Shown here in pieces: positions 11,451 to 24,831 of a DNA stretch of 64,000 bases. Position numbers and translations under genes: made by a program. The notes beneath the pieces are model-generated. The model saw only the letters and a list, made by a program, of their open reading frames with translations, was not told the origin of the DNA and made no database searches. Each line of letters starts with the position of its first letter. The stretch's first letter is position 1. The DNA lies in assembly GCA_050084515.1 (NCBI GenBank), contig CM114271.1, forward strand, positions 23,560,001 through 23,624,000, read 5' to 3'. Source of the stretch: Blasia pusilla. Its lineage: Eukaryota.

Positions 11451-12622
11451 ACCATGGTTAACCCCTTTTTTCCAAGATTCACGGGGAGTAGGGAGAAAGA
11501 GAATCCCTCCCTATAGGTAATTATAGGATTTTCTACTGGAACCCCACTTTTCCCCATATCTACCATGGCCCTTAGTTGTGGCCCACAACCCAATCATCGT
11601 TTGCATGTTGCAAATCTGCCTTTGACTAGCTAGCCCCCAAGATAACTTGGGGCAGTCTCTATGTAGATTTTTCCCATCTTGACGTCCCAAACTCTTCTTG
11701 GAACCTCAACCCACATTTTTTGTTTCTCATGGTTAACACTTGTCTTGTCTCCCTCCATTTGGTGTCTTATGGTTGTCTCGCCGACCCTCATATTTTGTGA
11801 TTAATTATATGGCGGCTCGCCCCTCTTGACTACTCCCAACTTTCTTGCCTTTGACTCAAAAATTGGCTCTAATATGTTTCATCTATCTAAGTCAAGTAGT
11901 CCTCCATCCTCGTGAGTAACTACGTCTCTTTTCTCCTAAGGTAAGACTCAAGATTAACCCTCATCATGACATCCATGCGCAGATTGGGTTTTTCTTGCCC
12001 TTTGCAAACAGTTAAGCCTATTGCACTCATGTTATTTGGTATCCAAGAAGCGATTCATGCTTGCAATTCAAAGGAAGAGAAAGTTTTGCATAACCTACCA
12101 ATTAAAGTTGAAAACCAAACTAGCTAGTTGCAAGACTATATAAAATGGACAACGGAACGTAATATAAGGCCAACACTACTAAAGAATGGGGCGCCCCTTA
12201 AGACGGACCTTACAAAAAAGGGGGCATACCCACTCGTAGGGACGTGGGAGTCCAAGAGGATGCGCAAAGATACGTGCAATACCCTGAAGCCAGATTCCAA
12301 GTCAAAGGCAAGTAGCATATAACTTGGGAGAAATTGAGATGGATGATCACATGGTTTGGCAAGACAATCATGAGATGCCAAATGGTGGGATTCAATATGA
12401 GAATTAGCATGAAATGCACAAAATCTGGAATGAGCATTAAAGGTGAGTTTGGGGAAGTCATAAGAGGCAGATCTACCCTTAGACTCCCCTAGCTCTTCTT
12501 GGGGTTAGGTAGTCAAATGTGGGTTTGCGAGACGCAAACCACATTTAATTTGGGTTGAGGGACACCGGCCACAACCAAGGGCGAGAATCGTCAATGATCA
12601 ATGATGTAACCTTACTAGCATG

Positions 12623-13251
12623 TGTCACGACTTTTTAGGATAGATCGAAGAGATTTGATACAGCGCCTTCATGAGTAGAGGGGGACAGGCTCAGGAGGTC
12701 GGGAATGACCTATTGAAGTCTTGGGAAACATGAGAGAGCAGGTTTCCCCTTCGTTACGGCTCATTTGGAGCCATATAGATAAACTTACTATTTCGGGTAA
12801 ATTTTTTTATGTTTGGTAGAGTTGACTTTCCACTTTGGGAAGTGGTCCTTGACCCGCTACAATTGGTCAAGAGCCAAGGAGGTCACCCGCGAGCATAGGT
12901 TACCGAGGAGAGAGCTTGGGAGAGGGAAGAGGGTATACCTCAAAGAGAGAGAGCTTGAGAGCTCATTCTCTCTTTGTTTAACCTCTTGGCACAAGGCGGC
13001 GGAGCTATGGTCCCTTGCCTTGTGAGTGTAACCCAAGCCTCTCATTAGGAGAGTGGGGTTGGTTTGACATTGAGAGAGACATGTGAGAGCTATGGTGTTG
13101 TGAGAGAGATTTAACCTTGATTTATTGGAGATATTTTGGTACTTCTTGTCTCGATATTTGGATGTCATGAGTTAGCATGGGATCGTGCGTGCTTGTGTGT
13201 ATATTTGTCGACAGCGATGTATGTTGTGTAGTGATGTGTATGTGCACGACA
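12623..13251 (+). repeat. Solo terminal unit A(X)-B', 629 bp
   Basis: TGTCACGAC...GTGCACGACA; flanks CATG/CACG (4-bp TSD, one mismatch). First ~475 bp match the left end of copies 1 and 2; last ~93 bp match the right end of copy 2. Confidence 0.88.
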
Positions 13252-13411
13252 CACGTTAATTTGCACCTTGGGAGACTCACAACTTATTAGCGTCGTGTGG
13301 CGCCATTGACTCACCAATGGGACGCACGATCAATTGAATTTTCAAGACTCAATCCAAGTGTCTTTCTTGTAGGTCTCAAGATTGAGGTCTCTTCTCAATC
13401 TAACGAGGAGT

Positions 13412-14030
13412 TTTTGTGCCCATACACATCGCTACACAACATATATCACTGTCATCGAATAAACACACAAGATACCATACTACTCATGGCATCTAAAAAT
13501 CAGAAGGATCGAGCACCAAAATATCTACAATAAATCACAAGCACTCAAATGTCTCACAATGTGCACAAAAAATACATCTCTCTCTCTCATGTCAAACCAA
13601 ATCCACTCTCCTAATAAGAGGCTTGGGTTACTTACAAGACAAGGAGGATAATAGCTCCGTCGCCTCATGCCAACATGTTCAACAAAGAGAGAATGAGCTC
13701 TAACGCTCTCTCTCTCCTTGGGTATACCCCCTTCCCTCTCCCAAGCTCTCTCCATGGTAGTCTATGCTTGGAAGTCATCTCCTTTGCTCTTGACATGATG
13801 TAGTAGGTCAAGGACCACTTCCCAAAATCAAAAGGCAACTCTTCTTCTAACGATAACTTACTTGAAATGGTAAGTTTCTATAGCTCCAAATGAGTCGAAA
13901 CAAAGGAAAACCCTGCTCTCTCAGGTTACCCAAGGTCTCAACAAGTCATCCTCAACCTCCTAAAGCTATCCTCCAATATCATCAAAGGCGCTCTACCAAA
14001 ACTCATCAATCCATCCTAAAAGACGTGATA
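13412..14030 (-). repeat. Second solo terminal unit A(X)-B', inverted
   Basis: Reverse-complement homology to 12623-13251 over its length; flanks GAGT/GAGA (4-bp TSD, one mismatch). Confidence 0.82.
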
Positions 14031-14369
14031 GAGAACTATATGTTGAACTCTATAGCGTTGCCATATCATATCATTCCAAGATGCATCGCATCACTAAGGA
14101 GGATTGAGCCATATTATGATTGAGGTGTTGATGATTTATTTATTTTTTCAGAGGAGTAGCAACCACCTTGTAAGTGTATTTAAGCTATCCATTCTTGTCC
14201 CAATTTTGCAATTTTTGAGGATTTTCCCAAGTTGTTGGGTATATGGGATGTTATGACGTAGACAAGTGTATATTGTTATCATACCATTTCACTTATCCAT
14301 GCTACACATGTACCACATTGTATGAGGGTATATACTAGCATAGACTTAGTTTCCAATTGTGTCGGGATT

Positions 14370-15820
14370 TTCCAATTGTCACGATGTTCCCACATCGTGA
14401 TTGTGGGGTATGAATGACCATATGTATGATGGTGGGGAGATAAACCGGCCAATTTTTATATGCAATGGGTGCCATCGAGCTAGAAAAAGTTATTGTAGAA
14501 TTTAAGATCTTGTGTGGAACCCCCTTAAGTTAAACCCTTTTCTAGTATGGAGAGGGGTGTTGCAATACCTCAAAAGCACACTAATTGATGACAAGTTTTC
14601 TAGTAGGCATGCTAGAGAGATCGAGGCATGAGGACTCAATTATGATCCCCATAATGTGTCGCTAAATGAGTTTATGGTAGATGATGTGGAGCCTAGGAGT
14701 CAAGAGAGACCATTTTTGTAGACACTAATGGGACTCATAATGGCACAACCCATCCATTGGCAATTGGAACCACCACATGGAGGCGCTCAAAGTTCAACTC
14801 CATTAAATTTTGGAGTTCTTCGATGAGTTAGAGAGGGACTATTACAAGGTATGGATAATAAGTTCATGAGTATCCACCAATTTCATGAACTCACGAGAGA
14901 GAGTATTTGTGAGGCATATTGGTCAATATTACTCAGGGAGTGAAAAAGGACCAAGCAGTTTAAGCATGGTACATGATATTGGATTGCAACATTCAAAGCT
15001 AAGAAAGGTGGGAGATATGACCCTCCATCTTCCAACCTTACCTAAATTGAGGGAGAGTTTTCCCATAGTTGATTACAAAGAGTACAAGTTGATAGTGGAG
15101 AGTTCGGCAACCTTGAGTCAAGTAAGCAAGGCACCAAGAGGAGTGACTACACCACAGGTGCACCAACATGCATCTAGAAAGAGGGTGTGGCATATGGAGT
15201 AGAGAGGCTATAAACAAACCATATACATAAATCAACAACAACCAAGGTTCATGAAGGATCACACCATCAAAGAGATAGTACAAGACAAGGGAATGGAAGT
15301 GGAGTGCTACTGTGCTACCGCCCAAATATCATGGTCCTTAGCCAAGAGGCCCACATTTTGATCATTGCTAGCAATACGATCATTCTTGGGAGAGATGCTT
15401 TATCTAGCATCTTGAGTCACGTCCCGAATAAGCACTTGAGAGAGTTGGACCACTAAGTAGAGCTAAAGGTTGAGATGTAGATGGTCCTAAAAGAAGGACT
15501 TACGTGGTAGCATGTATGCCCAAGGAGGAGGCAAGGGCCCTATACCTAGATGGGTTGTGGGAGAACTTGGTCATGACGTCAAGATGGCGGCCCAAATAGA
15601 GTATCTATAACAACATATTGCAACACTAGAACTTTGATTGCATGATGTCGGGTGAATAACATGTAGGCCCTTAATTTGTAACATGAGAGATTAGGAGGGT
15701 CCCAAATGGATTTGCACACTTGCGTAGATAGAGGTAGTGGATGTCATTACTAGAGAAGCCATTGTGAAGTTGGACTTGCAATTTAATGAGGGGAACCCAA
15801 TAGGCATACAAGACTTTACC
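14370..15820 (+). pseudogene. Highly decayed gag remnant of the same Gypsy family
   Basis: Remnants of NPF..W.G.LQ.L (~14530), MAAQI..L...IA (~15584) and LD.Q...E..R.TRL (~15770) matching gag of copy 2. Confidence 0.6.
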
Positions 15821-18800
15821 AATCATTTACCTAATCCAAGGCAATGAGTACCCCAATAATGGTCTCAAATAAATAACACACAATTCTTTTTATGTTAAGC
15901 ATTAAATATTTTAGAATTATATTTAAGGCCTCTACATACAACTCCTTCTTTTTACCCTTTTCATATAACCTATCCGTGTGTATTCCACTAACACTTCACC
16001 ACTCACAATCTTTTTCCAAACTATTTTCTTTCTTTTTCCAAACTATTTTCTTCCCCTCTCAAAGGGGAAACAAATTCATGTCAATTGAATTTTTTTAATT
16101 TATCATGAATCATTACGACCCTAATGTAGGTGCCTACACTTGGTTCTAGTACTTCGTGACGACACGTCGTTCCGAGATGTAGAGGCAAATGAGAGTAGCC
16201 ACGTGGATGATATCGTATGTGCCCCTATTCAGTTCTCGCCATTGCATTGAGGGAGGTTAAATGGGTCAGCCTAGGGATTTGAGACACATGCGTGAGAAAT
16301 CCATAGACGAGCAATTGTAGTAGGCCCAACACACATCAAATTGAAATTGGACGGTGAGTGTGATATTTTTCCTCCATGTCGTGTTGTTGTTTCTCCCTCG
16401 TGTTAGTGTTTTGTTCATGCCATGTTGTTGTCTCCCCGTGTTAGTGTTTCCTCCATGCCGTGTGGCTCTCCAATGCCTCCATTCTTGGCTCTCCATGCTT
16501 AGCTTCCCTCTATTACTTCTCTTAGATGTCCATTGTTAGGTCTCCATGCCATAATACTACCTTGTATTAATGTCTTTTATTTTAAATTAAAAAAAAACCA
16601 CAATGGGCCTCAAACTGGTTTTTCCATTTGTAGAACAAAGCACACCAATTAGCATCCCTTCACCTAAGTTATCCACACTAGTTACGGCCATTAGAGCATT
16701 CTTCATTTTTCTCTCTCTCTCTAACCTCTCCACGTGTTTCTAATTAATTTCTTCCTCCTCTCAAAGGATAACACAAAGGGAAATTATAAGAAACATTTAT
16801 ATTATTATGGGAGGATACCTTATTGATTTGCAAACACTTCTCTATATAACAACTAGAAAATGTTTCACACTTGCTACGATGTGTAATACTTTTCCTCATC
16901 CGCGTGTGCATAGGCTTTCCAGGTCGTGAGTATGACAAACCAAAGTCCGGGACTGTCGAGTGTGGGGGGAATGCCACAACCCGAATATTGGAGGTTCAAA
17001 ACAGGGGTTCTGGCCATTCCTTGCGTTCCTGTATCGTGCTCCCTATTTCAATCGTAGTGCAGGCCTTTTGGACCATCTCCCGTCGATGTGCTAATATGGA
17101 TATACTCCTGTGGAAGGGTCGGTCTATGAACAAGTGAAGTCCGGAATGGAGCCTGGAAGGAGTCACAGAAGGTGCAGTGGGGTAAATGCATGGATCCCCG
17201 CTTTTCCAGATTACAGGTTCGATTGCGAGGTCACTGCTGCAGTGGCCTCTGGAGTCCATGAGTGAAAGCAATGTTCACTCGTTGGAACAATTTTTGTGCA
17301 TGTCATGGTCGTAACCCGTGTGGCGTCTGGACACTGCAACAAGCCCACGAATCCTGGCTAGGATCAAACTGTTGTCAACCTCCGTGACGATCCTGTTCAA
17401 GCCATGATGCGTATCATGCGTGTTTAGAAACGGAGCATTCCGCTAAATCTTGGAGCTATAGAGTACGTGGCTATGGCACCATCTGTTTCCCAGACCGTGG
17501 TTCACAAGGGAGTTCTGGATACGGGAGGGGACGTACGAACAGAGGATAAGCACGAAGGAAGTTGTGCGGTGGATTTTTCGTTCAGCGTTTACACATGTAT
17601 CCTTGTTTAATTCTCCAGGCTGTGACTACGGCGAGCCACACCTTCCTGTCATCTGTGCAGTTGTGGATTATGAGCGTAATCTATTGCCACTCCGTCACGC
17701 GAACTGCGCAGATCAACTTATGAACGTTTCGAGAAGGGTGGACGTTGCCACGTTCTCGACGTTTTGTGGGAAGTGGTCTTGTAGGTGGAAGGAAGGAGGC
17801 GTGCAATTCGTGTACTTGGTCAGGATTCATTCATGTACTTCTAGGGCCGGTATCTTGCTATGGATCGAACCCCGTTGCACATTTTAAGAGCACTCGTGCG
17901 TTAACTACTGGTCAAAAGCTGAGGCTCCGAGGCGTAAAAATTATACAGTTGTAGAATCAATCAACTAAGCTTTTCCCTCTGTAATTAGTCGTGCACTCAT
18001 AGCTAGAGAGGCCATGGTGGTAGAGACGTAAACTTACCAACACAAGCTGCGCAGTTGGAGGGGTGTCGGCATCAGAAGATCAGTTGTGCGGCAGCTCAAG
18101 GAGAAGGAACCCATACGTACGGCCAACTTCGAGCCTCATGTCGTTGAATCTCGAGCCTGAGAGACGAGGGAAGGAGAAGAGCGAAGTCCTTTCCTCGGGG
18201 TCTGCTGAAGAGAATCTAAACGTGGAAGTACGCTTTGGGAATTCGAGGCAGGAAGCGCGCTGTGTCGTCGTGAGTCAAGTTCAATGCTCCTACTGGGTGT
18301 GTGACCTGGGCGCACAAGTGAGCTTTTCCTACGGAGTTTTCCTCTCGTCGTGTGAAAGCCCCCGACCCCGCTTCAATGATGTCGCCGGTTCATTGACTCG
18401 GGGCCGGGCTTTAGGGTGGAAGAAGCCTGGTAAGGGCCCCTCCCATGGTCACCCGGAACTGGCGACAAGAGGCCCCGAGGACTTCGGAAAGATCTTTCGG
18501 AAAGTGCCACATAAACTTCAGGTCACAAGTTGATCCCCTTTGCCGTGGATCTCAGTTGGCTGGCGTATGGGGATTCGCACTTTGCTCTGCAGTCCAAATC
18601 TGCAATTCCTTGAACATCCCGATGTATTTTTACAGGATTCGGTGTGTGGCAGTGTCAACTACAAGATCTGTGCATATATTTGGCTTGCTCCACCGAGCAA
18701 TCAATCAATCTTTCCTTCAGTATCAACGGTCGTGTTCAAATCCTTCGTTTAGACACTCCCATGAAAGGCAATCCATCACAGGGAACGGGCTTGCGGATAC

Positions 18801-21444
18801 TCCCAGGCAATATTGTTTCAAGAATTTGAACCTCTGATTGCAGAGCTCGTCTCAAAACTGATTTTGAATCCAACCGGTTGATACTTCCAGCTGCTCTATT
18901 CTAAATTCTCTTCTTATTTTACGATCTGATCTCTCCTTTCGCTTAAAAGGACGAAGGGGAAGGGAGTTTTTCATGTGAACAAGCAAAGATCACACCACTA
19001 GTTTTCGGCGGGGAAAAAAATCTCCAGGATCCCGTCCTTATCTGCAAAGAAAATCACCCGTTACCCTTATTCCATTTAGAGAAAAACAAACAATTCTCTT
19101 TGCCCACCTTCTAATTTGGTAAAACCGGGAATTATCCGAGTTCCTCCCGCTTTTCCTACCCAAAAGGCACGAACTTGGAACCTGGCCAAAAATTGCGACC
19201 CTCTGCCATATGCACCTTGCCCCTGATAGCCACGGTGGCTCCAAGCCCTCTAAACAATCCGTCTGCTTGAACTGTCCTATTCGCATTCCAACCCACCTGA
19301 TCGGCATGACAGGTACATGATCTCGCCGCTATGACAGGCAATACTTAGAGGTATTGCATGACCAGGAATTTGAACATCCCAAGTATACAAAGTTCCTCAC
19401 GGATTCAAATCAAAAAGACATCCTCTTATAATACTATAGAGGGGTGCATGACCCATTCACAATCCATTTTCCACGGTTCCAATAGTCTATCCTACCAAAC
19501 GAAGCACCATAAGAGTATAGAGTCTACCATCTCCACAGAAATATCACCTTCACAGCATCACAAAGTGATTCCAATCAAAAAACTAAAACTGAAGGGGTAT
19601 CCCCTACATCACCTTTCAATAAATCTCTAGAGACTGCAGTCTGTAACCCACACAATTGAAGGTCGTGGAGATTTGCCACAAAGTTCCATGTCGTATAAGC
19701 AGAAATTCAGTCACAATGGTTGTGCTGCATGGTCAGAAGACACTGGAACACACCATAGGCTTAGGATCAGAGGCAGCTATGCATGATATTTATAATAGAA
19801 AGTGATATTACCAAAAAAAGTCCATAACTGGAGTACCTGTGATAGGAAGAAAGACCCCTCTGCATCAAGCTTGGGCAATAATACAGCATTACTATTGTTC
19901 GCTTTATCCTCCTTGACTAGCACCATTTGTCCCCATAAGTGAAAGCCCCAGGGTGAGAACCAACCACAAATTTCGTCCACAAAATGCCTCCAAAATTGGT
20001 TGTTTGATGTTGTGCACTGGAATCCATCAATCAGAGTCAGAATTGCTGCTTGCAAAGGTCCACCATAAAGTTTACTCAATTTTTGGGTCATGGGAGTACC
20101 TGCTGATGAAGAGATATCTTAATCCTCAGCTCTGTCCAACAAATTTTGTGGCAGGGTCCCTGTAAGTTCACAAGAAACTTTGAACTTCCCTGTCTCAAGA
20201 ACCTAAACCCTATACCCTACACATCATAAGCACTGCCATCACTGTTTGGATAGGCACACAATGAAGTCTACTCTATTCTTCTGCTCCCCTCAATCCTGTT
20301 GCAACGTCTCAGTAAGTTAACACGAAAGCTTGCACTTGCCTAAGTCCAAACTCTCAGAACTAGTTCTCAAAAGAAGACTGTGACATCGTTGATCTAAGGA
20401 GCTGATGGTTGAACTGTTCAAAATAGCCCGAGTTCCCTCTTCATGGGCCTTGAGCTGGCCAAAAATAAAAACTGAATCTCAACTAGTTCTTTACAGGGAT
20501 CAGTTAATAACCCAACCAGTCAAACACCTACAGAAGGCCCAGTGATGAAAGAAAGAGAAAGACTTACTATTGAGTCCTGGAACACAATAAAGATACATTC
20601 CGCGCTAATGTAGACCAGTGAACTTCCCCAGACTAGAGATCAAGCCTCCACCAAATAGTTTTCTCAAAACATCTTCTGCCTGTCCATGTCTTCCAACTCC
20701 AAAGAACGCAAATAGTAGGTAACTAAACTTCTGAAGTCATGTGTTCAACTCAAAGATAACAGGGAAGAAGTGAAAGAGGGTGTAGGCAGGAGGATCTGTT
20801 GACATTCAAAAGAGCACTATTGGTGGGAGGTAACCGGAATGTTCTCTAAAGCTTGTCAATTTCTTGTCGGCTCTTCACACACTCAGAGCCCTGGAAAATG
20901 CACAATGGATGAAGCTCATTACCAACGCACGAGAGTACACAATAGGCATGAAGATGGGCAAATGTCCATCAGTTAGGTCAAAACTCATCAAAACACTAAG
21001 CTGCTTTCCTTTCAATCTAACTTGGATTCACATGTGGACATTGATTCATCCACCCACATCCTGTATCAGTTGCAGTGGCTCATCAATCAGGCTCTTCATT
21101 GTTCTTACTTGAGTTAAAAATTTGCTACATGCTCATACAAAAATACTACAAGATGAATGGCCCTTGAGAGTAGGGATCAGCAGCATAATTATGCGCCTCT
21201 AATCCCGCTGAACACTCACTAGTGATTCGTGCGCTTGATTGTCAAAAGAAACCATGATCTAGACAATTTCCACCTGGTCAAGTCCCTACAAATTGGACAG
21301 ATTCTTCAAAAATCATTGGGGAAAGACTACAGCTATCTCCACTGATCCTCCCTGCTGACGTCTATTGGCATAAAAGGTCACAACATGACCCATAAACCAA
21401 AATCACCACACCCAAAAATGATGGTTTGTGTTTGTGAAGCACAG

Positions 21445-23476
21445 TCAGCGAGTATACTCTTCAGGGAGACGAAATCCTGAGACTACTCTCTTCTCTGTAA
21501 AGATTCCTCCTGTTAGTGGCATTACATTCCAATACATTGTCAAATTGAAGCTGCGGCCACGTAAATTGCTCCCCTGCAAGAGGAAGAAAGCAACAGAATG
21601 TATCAACAATAAAGCTAGAAACTGCAACTATTGTGGTGGGCACTGTACTTGGAATGTTGTAAATAGCCAAAATTCTCTTCTCAAGTGTTCAAATTATCTT
21701 TATTGAGTGTCATGAAAAATTAAAATTTTGGGAGGATGAGAACAATCACATAAATACGATATACTCACTTGATCAGCAAAGCTGTATTTATTTCTCACTC
21801 GCAGAGCAATTCTTGCATCTTCTTTCCTATCCACAATCGAATCCCATAGAGATACCTGTTGAAAAAACATTTATTTTGAGCACTCCACAGATGCTAAAAG
21901 ACACACCCTACACTCAAAAAAACTCATCTTCAGCCAGAGCCAGAGTATGTCCACATAACGATGTTCCTTCACTTGCTACAGTATGCAATACTAGTATTGA
22001 CGATAGTTTTGAACTTTCCTTCCCTACATTTAGACTTTTCTGCTAGCTGCCCCGATAAGATAGGTGTCAATGAATCAAGATGCAATCCCCCCATAATAGT
22101 TTAAATTTGCAATCGACTCACTGTGGCTTACATAAGGGGGAGTCGAACAACACCCAAGACTGAATTAAATCCACTTCAGAAATCCCATGGAAAGTAGCAC
22201 AATGAGAAGGACAATTGTGTGAGATGAAAAATACAGCCGGAAGAATGTGTATATGCATGAACCTGATTAACTTGGTTCTTTGCAGTCTCATATTCTGCAG
22301 CTACAAAGACGAACAGCTGTGCCAAACACGCCAGGTGGACATGTCAGTGAGACCTTTGTTTGCACTTGACCCACCAGACGGAATTCCAATTTGGAAATCA
22401 AATTGCAAGACCGAGAAGCATCAGTAATCATGCAAAACCGTACCTGTTTCGTGTTCCATGTGAAAACTGATCGCAAATCGGCCGTTATATTCAACGCCAC
22501 CTTTGCCTGCATTCGAACACATTACAGTGAGTTAACAACGTGCGAATTGGGAACTGTGCGTGATTTAAAAAACGGGTAATACAATGGTCAATCTTTTGGA
22601 CAGGAGGAAAATGAAATTGGGTAGGGTTTGGGAAAGATTAAACACGCGTTGCATCAGCCGCTATAACTCAACCTTTATGGAAAACCTTTCCTGCGGTGAT
22701 TGTCGGACTACTAGTCTCATACAAAACCGACCTTCAGGACTCACCATAAGCATGTCCATCAGAAAGTCCCAAGAAGTTCGCGTACCTCATCATTACCATT
22801 GGGCAGTCTTTGTAAGACATCAACACTCAGCACCTGCAAGGCATCAAACGTAAATCAATCGTGTGAACCTTGCCACAAAAGGCACAAACGATGATTTTAG
22901 CACAGATACACTCAAGACCCTACGCATGGAATTTGAAACAATCCGCACGCCTACGGCTCGCGACACTCCTGGTCCGAAATAACTATACTGATCACCCTTA
23001 CTTACACCGATATACCTAAGCGGAAATTTCTTTCCACTTTGGCAGTTTCTCTTCATGTAGTCGATCACAACAGATATACCGAGAGCGGAGTTGTCTATCA
23101 AATAATCCCCCCTTTCGACAGAAACATTCACAGCTTAAATGGAGCTCCACTAGAATTGCTTTCAGAAATGAACAAGACGCGAAAAAACAATTCTTCTAGC
23201 GGGCCCGCAAGCTTACAGATGAAATTTCACCAGAAGAAAGTAAGAAAAGACGGCCTACATCAGTTCTAGGATCGCCTTCATACGGTGGCCAGGAAGGAAT
23301 GTATCATCAACACAGACTTTCACAAGCGCACCAAGCAAGTCCAGACGTACCTGAAGATCAACATCCGGTTTAGATGTATGGAAGTTATCGGAGAAAGACG
23401 CCAGGAGACACAGACCGGCCAGGACAGTGATCCCAAAAGTGAGCACCGCATTGGCTCTGAACACAAACGAATGCAT
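21445..23476 (-). CDS. SPC3: Signal peptidase complex subunit 3 (SPC22/23), 6 exons, 168 aa
   Basis: GT-AG exons 23476-23351, 22833-22786, 22506-22444, 22316-22263, 21855-21769, 21573-21445 total 507 nt. Protein MHSFVFRANAV...[34 protein letters not shown]...NKYSFADQGSNLRG...YWNVMPLTG. Confidence 0.95.
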
Positions 23477-24831
23477 CGCGCAAAGGATGCCTTGCCTGCT
23501 CGCTAGCTCTTCCTGCCTCTCTTCGCGCGAGTGATCGTTTCTTGCTCGGCCGGTGTCACATAACTCAAGCCTCCCACACCTTATGCCATAATCACACGCG
23601 CCGAGCTTCCTATTTCTCTCTCCCAGCCGGCCTTGAAACTCTACCTCATTTCCAATCCCTCCCTCCACACTCGTGACGGCAACGGGACCGAGCACTCCTT
23701 CGACTCGTCAGACGCACGCAGGTACAAGCATCCCGTAGAGCGTTGAAAACCTTCCAGCCATTTAAACACCCGCCAATGCGCATTTAATACTTGGCAGCCC
23801 CGCTACAAAATCCCCTCCCTTCTCTAGTAGGTCTTCCTAGAACGAGGCCCGACCCCCCGCCTCTGGAATCTGCCGAAAGCTTCACGATGCGAGACCAACG
23901 ACGATGAGGAGCCGGTACCCGCGTTCTTCGTAAACTTTCATGATGGGGTAAATCGGGAGCTGCCGGACACCGTACCCTAGGCAACTTCAGCACCTACTGC
24001 GTCCGTCCGCCCGTACAGGACACGAGCGCCGGGTTGCGGATGTAACTACGACCACAACGGAAGCGTCAGGCGAAATCTTCCCTCTGCTGGCTGGCGGCCT
24101 GGAGCCACCGTGGAAGGCGTGCGTAACGCTTTGGTTTGACCGGACTACCATCGTCGAAGAACACGGCTATCTCGTAAGTAAGCTCGTCACGGTCACGCGA
24201 TCGGATGAGTCGGTAAATGTCTGCGTTGCGGACGACCGGTTTCATATGCGGAAGAATATTCCTCCTCCCGACAGGGATCTAATGACTTTATAAAGCTGAG
24301 TACATGTGGGGGGCGTTAAACGGAGAATGGGGATTCGGGGAATGGAAGCGTGACATCTTGAGGTCGTTGGGATCGAGATCATCAAGAGCATGTAGATGTA
24401 CATCGAAGAAACGCCGAATACTCAATCCGGAGCAATTCCAGCGCCGACGGGACTCTCCCTTGTCTCCAACTGTGGCGAGCTTGAACACGGAAAGTAGAAG
24501 CTAGTGTGGGAAATCCAGCACCAAACTTGGAAGAATTGTTGAGAACACCTAGACGCGCACCGATCGACAAGCCCGGGGAAACGGTGAAGCAGGGAAAGAA
24601 TTGGAATAGAACACATCTCGATTCCGAAGACCTCTTGAACAGCTTGAACGATCACATAGAGAGATCTTGGCGTGAAATCCGAGCTACGTACACCGAGGGA
24701 TGACTATCGGCCGCAGAGAGGATTGTGGGAGCAAAAATTGCAAATTGGGACGTGAAGAGCCGACTGAAACGTAAAGACGAGAAACAAGCTTTGCTTTTAC
24801 CTCATTGTGGATGTTGAGTTTCCGTTCTATA

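Noticed and set aside
24304-24703. Short plus-strand ORFs divergent from SPC3
   Set aside because: No recognisable domain and broken across frames; cannot be supported without expression data.
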